A stretch of DNA of 64,000 bases from Methanomassiliicoccales archaeon (lineage in GTDB: Archaea > Thermoplasmatota > Thermoplasmata > Methanomassiliicoccales > JACIVX01): NCBI GenBank assembly GCA_050010535.1, contig JBEKKT010000003.1:1374-65373 (forward strand), read 5' to 3'. A program made the translations under genes and the position numbers. Below, piece after piece: positions 44,526 through 53,442 of the stretch. The notes below the pieces were generated by a model. It worked only from the letters and a program-made list of their open reading frames with translations, was not told the origin of the DNA and searched no databases. Position 1 is the stretch's first letter. Every line of letters begins with the position of its first letter.

Positions 44526-46394
44526 GTGGCAAAGGATTGTAAGGAAGACTTGAGGCTGAAGCTAAGGACGGCCAAGGACGCCGTCGATGTGATTGAGAGA
44601 GGACAACGGGTCTTCATCGGCACTGCCTGCGGAGAGCCGCAGATGCTCGTGAAGGCGCTCGTCGCCAAGGCAGATTCGCTCGCCGACAACGAGATAATCC
44701 ACACACTATCCCTAGGCCTCACCCCTTACTCTGAAGAGAAGTTCACGGATCAGTTCAGAGTCAATGCCTTCTTCATCGGACCCAACGTACGGACCTCCGT
44801 CAACGAAGGACGTGCTGATTATACCCCCGTCTACCTGTCCGAGATCGGGAACCTGCTGGAGTAGGGTAGGATTCCAATCGACGTGGCGTTAATCCAGGTC
44901 TCTCCGCCGGATGAACACGGTTACTGCAGCTTCGGCGTCTCGGTGGACATAACGAAGACTGCCACTGAGGCGGCTGATGTCGTCATCGCCCAGATCAATC
45001 AGAACATGCCCAGGGTATTGGGGGACAGCTTCATCCACATCTCCGACATCGACTACCTGGTGGAGGGCAATGAGCCGTTGCTGGAGTGGCCGAGCGTCGA
45101 TCCCGGCACGCAAATAGAGGCGGACAGCATTGGGCGGTTCGTTGCAGACCTTGTCGAAGACGGCTCCACAATCCAGATAGGATATGGAGCGATCCCGAAC
45201 TCCGTGCTGAAGAATTTGAAGGACAAGAGGGACCTTGGGGTCCACACGGAGATGTTCTCGGACGGTATCGTTGACCTTGTCGAGTCCGGAGTCGTGAATG
45301 GCAAGAGGAAGACCGTCCACAAAGACAAGATAATCGCATCCTTCTGCATCGGCAGCAAGAGCCTGTTCGACTTCGTCCACAATAACCCTGCGATCGAGTT
45401 CCATCCATCCAACTACACAAACGACCCTTGTCTGATCGGCAGGAACGAGAAGATGGTAGCCATCAACTCCGCCCTCGAGGTGGATCTCACAGGCCAGGTC
45501 TGCGCAGACCAGATCGGTTACATGTTCTATTCCGGACTGGGAGGACAGGTGGATTTCGTGAGGGGCGCTGCCCGTTCCAAAGGCGGAAAACCGATTATCG
45601 CACTCCCTTCGACCGCCCAGGGCGGGCAGGTCTCCAGAATAGCCCCAAGACTTTCCGACGGTGCTGGTGTAACGACGACTAGGGGCGACGTCCACTATGT
45701 CGTCACCGAGTATGGAGTTGCGGAGCTGCATGGAAAGAGCATAATGCAGCGGGCCCTGGCAATGATCAACATCGCTCATCCGAAGTTCAGGGAGGACCTG
45801 CTGGCAGCGGCGAAGTTCCTTCGATACGTCTTCCTCGATCAATCCGATGTCCCTTATCGCGGACTTCCATATCCGCAGGAATATGAGACGTACAGAACCT
45901 TCGGCGACTCGCAGGTTTTCTTCAGGCCGATCAGGCCGACCGACGAAGAACCCCTGAAGGATCTTTTCTATTCGTTCTCTCAGAGGTCAATATACCTCCG
46001 TTTCATGGGGCCGAAGATCAGGATGCCACACAGGGAGTTGCAGTCATTTGTCAACATCGATTACGACACCGCAATGGCAATCGTCGGCGTCGTGCGCGAG
46101 AAGGAAAGGTTGAAGATCATCGCGGTTGGGAGATACGTACTGGACAAGAAGACTAACGACGCGGAAGTGGCGTTCGCCGTACACGATGACTGGCAGAACA
46201 AAGGTATCGGCACATTCCTTCTAGGTTATCTGATACGTATAGCCAAGGAAAGAGGAATAAGGACCTTCTCTGCAGAGGTGCTCGCAGAAAACAGGCCGAT
46301 GCTTGACGTCTTCTACCAGTCAGGAGTCAAGGTCGAAACGACCGTGGAAGAGGGCACATACAGTTTAGTCCTCAATCTCCAGCAGAAGCTATAG
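44526..46394 (+). pseudogene. acetyl-CoA hydrolase/transferase-GNAT (Pat-type) fusion interrupted by one in-frame TAG
   Basis: Track ORFs 44415..44864 and 44883..46394 are in the same frame, separated only by TAG 44862..44864. Across the stop the sequence reads YLSEIGNLLE-TAG-GRIPIDVALIQVSPPDEHGYCSFG. The N-terminal part is AcetylCoA_hydro-like. The last ~190 aa are a Pat-type GNAT (FRPIRPTDEEPLKDLFYSFSQRSIYLRFMG...DYDTAMAIVGVV...DDWQNKGIGTFLL). The likely start is GTG 44526 after GAGGGGAA. Confidence 0.75.
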
Positions 46395-46414
46395 GCTCTG
46401 GACCGCGGACCCAT

Positions 46415-46906
46415 CTAACGGATTCTCTCGACGTTCCCGACGTAGCTGGCTATGTGGTCAGAGTGCTCTGCCTCTTCCCGTATCAGCAGGTCGATCGTAG
46501 AGAAGAAGAACGGCAAGTCCTCAGTCTTGATAAAACGGTCCACGTCGGAGTGCTTGAGTGCTTCCCTGATGTTAACGTAAGTATCATACGCCAGCTTCTC
46601 ATATTTCGAAAGGTCCATCATGATCTCGAATTCCGTCTTGTTCTTGAAGTTGAAGGCATGCGGCTGAAGCGGCAAGGCCTCGGGCCCAAGTGAGATACTA
46701 ATCTTCGATATCATCTTTTCGACCAGGGTTCTATGCTTCTCCGACTCGTAGATGAGCTCGAAAATGACATCCCGAAACTCGTCCTTCTTGACGTTTATGT
46801 AACCTTCCCACTGGGAGACTGACTCAAAACCTGCTTCGATCTCGAGCGCCTTCTTCAAGAAGCTTGCCAGTTCTTCCCCCGTTCTGACTTCGACCAAAGG
46901 GGGCAT
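46415..46906 (-). CDS. ferritin-like (rubrerythrin-type four-helix bundle) protein
   Basis: The 163-aa ORF has paired E..H motifs (YESEKHRTLVEKM and REEAEHSDHI), consistent with a diiron ferritin-like fold. Confidence 0.6.
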   Translation of the reverse strand: MPPLVEVRTGEELASFLKKALEIEAGFESVSQWEGYINVKKDEFRDVIFELIYESEKHRTLVEKMISKISISLGPEALPLQPHAFNFKNKTEFEIMMDLSKYEKLAYDTYVNIREALKHSDVDRFIKTEDLPFFFSTIDLLIREEAEHSDHIASYVGNVERIR

Positions 46907-47221
46907 CGCTTTTTGATAATACTTTTAGATATTTAACAACCGGGAAACCTCCTTCGATCTTTTGAGGCAGAATCAAGAAAGCTGGATGAAGGTTGGAGTC
47001 CCCTCGTCATCTCTTGAACACATCACTTGGAAAATCGACACTCTCACGGTTCGACATGATTCGGACCAGAAAGAAAGACGCCCAGAAGGGTGGAATATCG
47101 AGGAAGGAAATGGTTTGCCGATCGGCGCTGGCCAGACGTAACGGCCCAGCTCAAGCAGTATCTCCCCGTCTCTGGTGCTAAGTAGTGTGGCTGTCTAGAG
47201 CATCTCGCCCCGATCAGGACC

Positions 47222-47650
47222 TCACTTCTTCCTCTTGCCTTCCTTCACCGATGTGAAGAAATCGTGGTGCTCTTCCTCTTCCTCGAGGATTTCCTTGAAT
47301 ATGAACTCGGTGGTCGGATCCCCCTCGGCCGCAGCAACTTTCTGGATCCCTTTATACATGACAATCGCTCCCATTTCTGCCTTGATGTCGTTGTCCACCA
47401 TCTCCCAAAGATCTCCACCGACCTCTATCGTGGCTGGTTTTGTCGTCGGAAGACCACCAAGATACCAGAGTCGCTCGGCAATCTTCTCCGCGTGCTTCAT
47501 TTCCGCAACCGCGATGTCCTGAAACTCGTCAGAAACCGCGAAGTGCTCCGGCCCGGCCCATTGCACGTGTTGCCACATGTACTGGACAGAAACCTGAATC
47601 TCGCTTGCGATTGCCTTGTTCAGCAAGTCCTTTAGCTTCTGTGATGTCAA
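47222..47650 (-). CDS. bacterioferritin/ferritin-like protein
   Basis: AIASEIQVSVQYMWQH, VAEMKHAEKIAERLWYLGGLPT and EEEEEHHDFF fit the bacterioferritin diiron ligand pattern. Length is 142 aa. Confidence 0.75.
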   Translation of the reverse strand: MTSQKLKDLLNKAIASEIQVSVQYMWQHVQWAGPEHFAVSDEFQDIAVAEMKHAEKIAERLWYLGGLPTTKPATIEVGGDLWEMVDNDIKAEMGAIVMYKGIQKVAAAEGDPTTEFIFKEILEEEEEHHDFFTSVKEGKRKK

Positions 47651-47952
47651 ACAAATTCCTCCTGTCTCAGCCTGCCATTGCGCAGGTCTATATTGCTATT
47701 CCGACTGAAGGCTAATAAACCTTTTGGAATTCGGAACGGCAACTGTTAGCCACTGGGATGTCAGTCGCCAAGAAGCCCCCGATCGCAAGCGGACCTGCTC
47801 GGTCTCAGTCAACCGGAAAGAAGTAAGCTTACACTCGCCACGAGGGACATCTTCTGCGTTTGCGGATGTTTCGGTCAAAACGTCTCAGAAGGGCCTCGCA
47901 CCAAGGCATCCCGATTCTTATTAGGTCGCTTCTCAATTGCAGATCTGTGAGG

Positions 47953-48540
47953 ATGAGCCCAAGTTCATGGGTCAGGTTCGGGGCGGTTGCGGGTATCGTT
48001 GGAGCGACACTTTTCTCGGCTATGTGGGTCATTGCGGCTGTGAAAGATGGTCATTGGATACTGGGCGAGCAAACGCTCAGCGAACTTGGAGGAAATAGAC
48101 CCGGATTGTTTTTCTTCAATTCGGGCGTGATCCTTGAGGGTACGCTTGCGCTCGTCTTCACATTCGGATTGTGGCACGCGATGGAGAAAACGACCCTGCA
48201 GAGGATCGGGAATATCCTCCTCCTTTTCGCCTCATGCGCCCTGATACTGGTCGGCATCTTTCCGATAACAACAGGACTGCTCCATGGCATCGCGAGCTAC
48301 GCGTTCTTCGGATTAACGCTCGTTGCGATTCTTCTTTTGATTCATCCACTGTGGACCGACGGAGACTTCGGTCCAGTGGCTGGGATCGTGACCCTGGGCG
48401 CTGTCATCCTGTCCATAGCGTTCCTTTCTTTTGCGACCATCGCGCTAACCGAGGCGGTAGGGGTCATTTGTCTCCTTGCGTGGTCATCGCTCCTTTCTGC
48501 AATGATGCTGAGGAAAAACACGATTTCGATCAGGACCTAG
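47953..48540 (+). CDS. DUF998 family membrane protein
   Basis: This hydrophobic ORF has WVRFGAVAGIVGATLF and GEQTLSELGG, typical of DUF998. ATG 47953 is preceded by GTGAGG. The track ORF starts earlier, at 47860. Confidence 0.65.
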   Translation: MSPSSWVRFGAVAGIVGATLFSAMWVIAAVKDGHWILGEQTLSELGGNRPGLFFFNSGVILEGTLALVFTFGLWHAMEKTTLQRIGNILLLFASCALILVGIFPITTGLLHGIASYAFFGLTLVAILLLIHPLWTDGDFGPVAGIVTLGAVILSIAFLSFATIALTEAVGVICLLAWSSLLSAMMLRKNTISIRT

Positions 48541-48565
48541 AGGAGCGTCCCGCTAGAAATCGGTC

Positions 48566-49648
48566 TCATCTAGTGGGTTTCTTCGTTCTGTACCTGTAGC
48601 TGATATTGCAGCTGCCCTCTCTGCTGACCATGCAGGGGCCGATGGGATTGCCTGGCGAGCATGTCGCTCCAAACGCTGGGCACTCTTCGGACGCGATCAG
48701 ACCCCGAAGCACCTCTCCGCATCTACACCCCTCCAGCTCGTCTTGGATGCTTGGCAAATCCTTGAGAGTCTTCGTATAGCGCAGCCTCGCATCTTGGAAT
48801 CGGAACTCATCGCTCAACTCAAGGGCGCTCTTCTTGATGACAGGCAAGCCCCTCCATGCTTTGTCCACGGGTGTGAAGACCCGCTTGACAAGGGCGAGTG
48901 CACGGGGGTTCCCTTCGGGTTTGACAACCCTCGTGTATTCGTTCTCGACCTCTGCCCTTCCCTCGGCCACCTGCCTCACGAGCATGTAGACCGCAACAAG
49001 AAGGTCCAAAGGCTCGAATCCCGCGACAACCTGTGGAATATGCCTCTTCTCTGATATTTCGCGATAGGGACCAATACCGATGATTGTGGAAACGTGACCC
49101 GGTTCGATGAGCCCATCAACCTTCACCTCTCCCATCTCGAAAATAGTATCTAGGGCCGGTGACAGGAGCCTGTGACAGCTCAGCACCGAGAATGAATCTG
49201 GAACTCCGTCCGCAAGGGCGGACGCAGTCGTGGGGCTTGTCGTCTCGAAGCCGATAGCCAAGAACACGATCCTGCTTCCATCCTTCGCAAGACGAACGGC
49301 GTCGTCGACAGAGTAGACGACCCTCACGTCGCCGCCTCTGGCTCTTGCGTCCGCCAGGGACCCCCTCGGCGTCGGGACTGCAAGCATGTCGCCAAAGACC
49401 GCCAAAGTCACCCCGGAATCGACCAAGGCGATAGCTTCGCAGATCTCCCTAGAAGTCGTCACGCACACGGGACAGCCTGGACCCTGCCGAATCTCGATCC
49501 CCGCTTCCTTGAGGAGTCCCTGCAATCCGAACCTCACGAGAGTGTCCTGATGCGTCCCGCAGACGTGCATGAACCTCAAGTTGACATCGAACTTCTTGAT
49601 CTTGTCAATGATTCCCCTGGCAGTCGACTCGCCTCTGAAATGGAACAT
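48566..49648 (-). CDS. hypD: hydrogenase maturation protein HypD
   Basis: FMHVCGTHQD and GPGCPVCVT are present, together with the C-terminal Cys-rich end (CRCGEVLRG..CPAFGATCSPGNPIGPCMVS). Length is 360 aa. Confidence 0.92.
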   Translation of the reverse strand: MFHFRGESTARGIIDKIKKFDVNLRFMHVCGTHQDTLVRFGLQGLLKEAGIEIRQGPGCPVCVTTSREICEAIALVDSGVTLAVFGDMLAVPTPRGSLADARARGGDVRVVYSVDDAVRLAKDGSRIVFLAIGFETTSPTTASALADGVPDSFSVLSCHRLLSPALDTIFEMGEVKVDGLIEPGHVSTIIGIGPYREISEKRHIPQVVAGFEPLDLLVAVYMLVRQVAEGRAEVENEYTRVVKPEGNPRALALVKRVFTPVDKAWRGLPVIKKSALELSDEFRFQDARLRYTKTLKDLPSIQDELEGCRCGEVLRGLIASEECPAFGATCSPGNPIGPCMVSREGSCNISYRYRTKKPTR

Positions 49649-50023
49649 CTATTTCTCAACCACCTTCACGGAAACCACTCGGCAACTTGCGCCCTTCTTG
49701 ACTTCGATCTTCTGTCCACACGACGGGCATCGGAGTATGGGGACGGAGAGATGAAATGATTCGTCCTCCACATAGTCAATTCTCCCTTCATAGCTACAAA
49801 AGGGGCACCTGACCATCACTTCCTCTTCCTCGATTCTCAGCCCTGCCCCTTCGAGCATTGTGTCCTTTGAGAGGACCTCGAACGCAAACTGAAGTTGCCC
49901 GTGCCCAAGGAAGGTGAGTCTCCCGACCGCGAGAACGACCTCTTCCACTTTCTCGACGTCATGCTTGCTGAGCTCGGAGAGAACGGCGTCGATGATTCCT
50001 GACATTACCGAGACTTCATGCAT
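49649..50023 (-). CDS. hypA: hydrogenase nickel incorporation protein HypA
   Basis: It has the MHEVSVM N-terminus (nickel-binding MHE) and a zinc site, CPFC...CPSC. It lies immediately upstream of hypD. Confidence 0.88.
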   Translation of the reverse strand: MHEVSVMSGIIDAVLSELSKHDVEKVEEVVLAVGRLTFLGHGQLQFAFEVLSKDTMLEGAGLRIEEEEVMVRCPFCSYEGRIDYVEDESFHLSVPILRCPSCGQKIEVKKGASCRVVSVKVVEK

Positions 50024-50223
50024 CCAGCTCCTCAACGGGATCACATCTATTAATTATCTCTTCGAAACGACCCTTTGAGACCGCCCTTCGGGGCAGAGGC
50101 AGACTTCCATACCGGCTCCAAAGGCGCTCATCCTAGAATCCGAGGCTCTCTCTTTCCAGCGTCGCCAGGAACAATGTGGCAATATTCTTATACGCTTATC
50201 AAGATACGAGCGAAAGGTGCGGC

Positions 50224-50514
50224 ATGGCAACAGGTGAGAGGAAATCCAGGAAAGAACTGACCCTCGAGTCCATCGTTGAAGGTAAGAAGATGGAGGCCTA
50301 CGTCGAGCATAGGACGAAGGACATGCACTCCTGCTGGATCTGTGGAACGATAGGCTACAAGAAGAAGGCGATGAAGAACGTCGGCTCGAAGTGGATCTGC
50401 ATCGACTGCCTGCGCAACCTGAAGGAAGTCCTTGAGACCTTGGACCAGTGGGAGGCGGAGATCCAAATGGAAAAGGAGATGAGCAAGAAGATCGACGAAA
50501 CGCTCGGCATATAG
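50224..50514 (+). CDS. hypothetical small zinc-ribbon-like protein
   Basis: From ATG 50224 the 96-aa product has CWIC...CIDC and a charged coiled C-terminus. No family is recognised. Confidence 0.5.
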   Translation: MATGERKSRKELTLESIVEGKKMEAYVEHRTKDMHSCWICGTIGYKKKAMKNVGSKWICIDCLRNLKEVLETLDQWEAEIQMEKEMSKKIDETLGI

Positions 50515-50539
50515 TCGCGACCGGCGTCACCTCTCGATA

Positions 50540-51172
50540 TCAATTCTTCTGAAAGACCTTTGAGTAGTAGTCGCAGTATCTGTTGACTGGGCAGCCGCTG
50601 CATTTCGGTCCGACCGGCCTGCAGACCGTCTTTCCGAATGAAACGAAAAGCGTGTTGACGACCTTCCAGAGGTCCCTGGGAACAATCTGGACAAATTCAC
50701 GTTCCGTTTCTTCCGGGCCCTTCGTCTTGACGAGCCCGATCCTGTTCGAGACACGATGGACGTGAGTGTCGACGGGTATCGCATCCAGACCGAATCCATA
50801 GACTAGGACGCAGTTGGCCGTCTTCCTTCCTACGAGCGGAAGGGCGAGGAGCGATTCCATGTCGACAGGCACCTCATCGCCATAGTCCTCATGAATTATC
50901 CTGGCAATATCCTTGATCGCCTTCGACTTGACCGCAGGGAAACCAGCGGGGCGGATCAAAGAACGTATCACATCCAATGGGGCGTCAGCCAGCGCCTTTG
51001 GTGTGTCGAATCTTGAGAACAGCTGGGTTGACGCTACATGAGTATTCTTGTCCTTCGTCCGTTGTGACAGAACCGTGGAAATGAGCACGTGAAAAGGATC
51101 TGTCTTCCAGCTTACCTCCCCCTCGTCGCCCTTCCCAGGAAAAGCACCAGTTGGGAAGCTTCTTGCGATCAC
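50540..51172 (-). CDS. nth: endonuclease III (HhH-GPD DNA glycosylase/lyase)
   Basis: VLISTVLSQRTKD, LPLVGRKTANCVL, and the C-terminal 4Fe-4S loop CRPVGPKCSGCPVNRYC are present. GTG start. Confidence 0.9.
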   Translation of the reverse strand: MIARSFPTGAFPGKGDEGEVSWKTDPFHVLISTVLSQRTKDKNTHVASTQLFSRFDTPKALADAPLDVIRSLIRPAGFPAVKSKAIKDIARIIHEDYGDEVPVDMESLLALPLVGRKTANCVLVYGFGLDAIPVDTHVHRVSNRIGLVKTKGPEETEREFVQIVPRDLWKVVNTLFVSFGKTVCRPVGPKCSGCPVNRYCDYYSKVFQKN

Positions 51173-51185
51173 CTGGACAATCTTC

Positions 51186-52478
51186 CTAACGGGTTTCGTG
51201 CGAATCCCACCACCTCTTTCCCTCGCCTATAGTATAGAGAGAACCAGTCACAAGGACCGTGTCGTTCTTGGTCGAGACTGTCATTGCTCTCGCAAACGCC
51301 TCCCCGACGTCGCCGATCATCTCCACGTGAGAGCAGTGTTCTCTCAGAGCGTCACGTACTGTCGCCGCAGGGAAGGCGCGTTTAGTATCTGGCGATGTCG
51401 CAATCGCCATTGAGGCGATACTCCCAAAATGCTTTGAAATCCCGCTGAGGTCCTTGTCGTTCAGCACCCCGAGCACAAGGATTAATCTTCCCTTTGCCAG
51501 TCTCTTGATGTCGGCGGCAACGACAGCTGCTCCATCCGGAGTGTGACTTGCGTCAAGAATGACGTGTGGGGCTTTGGACAGCACCTCGATTCTCCCCGGC
51601 CAATCGACCTTACTGAGACCTTCGACTATCGCATCATCTGGCACATCGACTCCCCTTCCCCTAAGCTCAAGAAGGCAACCATACGACAATGCGATATTGG
51701 ACGCCTGATACGATCCGGGAAGAGGGACGTGAACCTCGCTGGAAAGACCGTGAAGAAGAACCGTTGTATCGTCCAGGGTCGACGAGATAAGCTGGTACTT
51801 GATGTCCTTGCCCACGATTCTGAGAGGAGACCTCTTGTTCTTTGACACCGAACGGAGCACCGCGAGCGCGTCCTCCTTGTCTTCGGCAGTTATTACTGGC
51901 ACCTCAGGTTTTATGATTCCCGCTTTCTCGCCAGCGATCTTCGTTATCGTGTCCCCTAGGTATCCTGTGTGCTCAAGGCCTATCCTCGTTATCACCGTGC
52001 AGTCCGGTGCTATCACATTCGTCGCATCCAGTCTTCCGCCCATGCCGACCTCCACGACGGCTTCCTCGACCTCCATGTCGACGAAGTAGGCGAACGCTAT
52101 TGCTGTTGTGATCTCAAAGAACGTGAGACGTCTATCCGAACCCGAAAGGGCCATCTCTTCGACGAACGGCCTGACGTCTTCGACCAGCGCCAGCAATTTG
52201 GAATCTGGGATCTTCACTCCATCCACTTGGATCCTTTCCCGAAAATCGAGGATGTGAGGGGACGTGTATAGACCGACCTTGTAACCCGCCTCTTTAAGCA
52301 CCGAAGAGGTCATTGCGCACACCGAACCCTTGCCGTTGGTGCCCGCGACATGGACCGACCTGAACTCCTTATGAGGATTTCCAAGATGTTCGAGGAGCTC
52401 GCTCACATTCCTGAGGCCAAACTTTATTCCCACCGTCTCAAGACCATAGAGCCAGTCGAGCGTTTCACGGTAGCCCAT
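51186..52478 (-). CDS. folC: folylpolyglutamate synthase/dihydrofolate synthase-like Mur ligase
   Basis: MGYRETLDWLYGL, the P-loop HVAGTNGKGS and the Mur ligase middle and C domains are present. ATG 52478 is preferred, since the 52541 start would overlap the upstream gene by 38 nt. Confidence 0.85.
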   Translation of the reverse strand: MGYRETLDWLYGLETVGIKFGLRNVSELLEHLGNPHKEFRSVHVAGTNGKGSVCAMTSSVLKEAGYKVGLYTSPHILDFRERIQVDGVKIPDSKLLALVEDVRPFVEEMALSGSDRRLTFFEITTAIAFAYFVDMEVEEAVVEVGMGGRLDATNVIAPDCTVITRIGLEHTGYLGDTITKIAGEKAGIIKPEVPVITAEDKEDALAVLRSVSKNKRSPLRIVGKDIKYQLISSTLDDTTVLLHGLSSEVHVPLPGSYQASNIALSYGCLLELRGRGVDVPDDAIVEGLSKVDWPGRIEVLSKAPHVILDASHTPDGAAVVAADIKRLAKGRLILVLGVLNDKDLSGISKHFGSIASMAIATSPDTKRAFPAATVRDALREHCSHVEMIGDVGEAFARAMTVSTKNDTVLVTGSLYTIGEGKRWWDSHETR

Positions 52479-52503
52479 CAACCCCTCGGATGCATGATGG
52501 TGT

Positions 52504-53301
52504 TTAAGGACTTTCCCCTTTATTGACAAGGTTCTCAACAAAGGACCCCAGCGTCTTGCCTTTGCGTCTCGCCGCGGCTTTCATCACCTTCATAATGCCC
52601 GAGCCGTACTGCGCCGCCTTCTTCTCCCTTGTCGCAATCTCTCCGAGACCGAGAGAGATACCAACATCCCTGAGCACGGCTTTTCGGACGCCATTCCTGA
52701 TGTGTTCTGCAACTGGAACCGCTTCCACGGCATCGATTACCCCGGGATGGAGATAGGGGTGCAGCACAGCCCTGCCGCAATACTCAGCGATTCGTCTCTC
52801 GTTCCTCAGACCGACGTCCAACAGACGAGCAAGGTCTTTTCTCATGCTCTCTCGCAGCTCGTCGAGAGGCATTCTTATGTATCTCGCGTATCCTCCAAAG
52901 AGCTCGTCGGCTCCCTGGCCGCTCACAAGCACATCCTCTTTCGAGCTCTTGGAGACGAAATACAGCGGCATTTCAAATGAAATCGTCAGCGGGTTTCTAG
53001 TGGAAATCAGTCTTGAAACGAGAATGACTGCTTGCATGATGTCCTCCTCATCGATGACCAAACCGACCCACGGCAATCCCATTGACGCTGCCGCGTGTTC
53101 CGCTGCAACAAGGTCGTGAGACCCTTCGATGCCAACCGTGTAAAGCGTCGGAGTGGAGCGATCGGCGATAACTGCTGCAAGTACGCTGCTATCCAATCCT
53201 CCAGAGAAGAGCAGCCCCGCCCCCCTTCGCGCGACCTGCTCATTCACAGCGAAAGTGAGCGCATCCAGTATGTTCCGGGTCCTGTTCATCTGTCGACTCA
53301 A
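52504..53301 (-). CDS. asparagine synthase C-terminal-domain-like PP-loop ATPase
   Basis: It has the LFSGGLDSSVLAA (SGGxDS PP-loop) motif and QGADELFGGYARY. At 265 aa it has no glutaminase domain. Confidence 0.7.
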   Translation of the reverse strand: MSRQMNRTRNILDALTFAVNEQVARRGAGLLFSGGLDSSVLAAVIADRSTPTLYTVGIEGSHDLVAAEHAAASMGLPWVGLVIDEEDIMQAVILVSRLISTRNPLTISFEMPLYFVSKSSKEDVLVSGQGADELFGGYARYIRMPLDELRESMRKDLARLLDVGLRNERRIAEYCGRAVLHPYLHPGVIDAVEAVPVAEHIRNGVRKAVLRDVGISLGLGEIATREKKAAQYGSGIMKVMKAAARRKGKTLGSFVENLVNKGESP

Positions 53302-53442
53302 TCCCTTCCTGGGTATTTAGTCTTCCTCTCGGGTCGACCTGATGCCTTAACGGGTTCTCACCATCCGAATTTCATATCCGCGCCAAATTCCCCTGAGTCT
53401 CGAATGAAAACTCTATAAAGGTACTAGCAGTTCCGGTGGAAG

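Noticed and set aside
44889-45842. The 317-aa minus-strand ORF opposite the acetyl-CoA hydrolase/transferase gene. Similar long antisense ORFs occur at 37090..37806, 57133..57897, 11510..12481, 12920..13540 and 7910..8683.
   Set aside because: All lie fully inside strongly supported genes on the other strand and have no recognisable motifs. They are shadow ORFs.
50054-50530. The 158-aa minus-strand ORF rich in Ser/Pro/Arg between hypA and nth.
   Set aside because: Its composition is not protein-like. It is antisense to a better-supported small zinc-ribbon ORF (50224..50514). It would also require an unlikely overlap with flanking genes.
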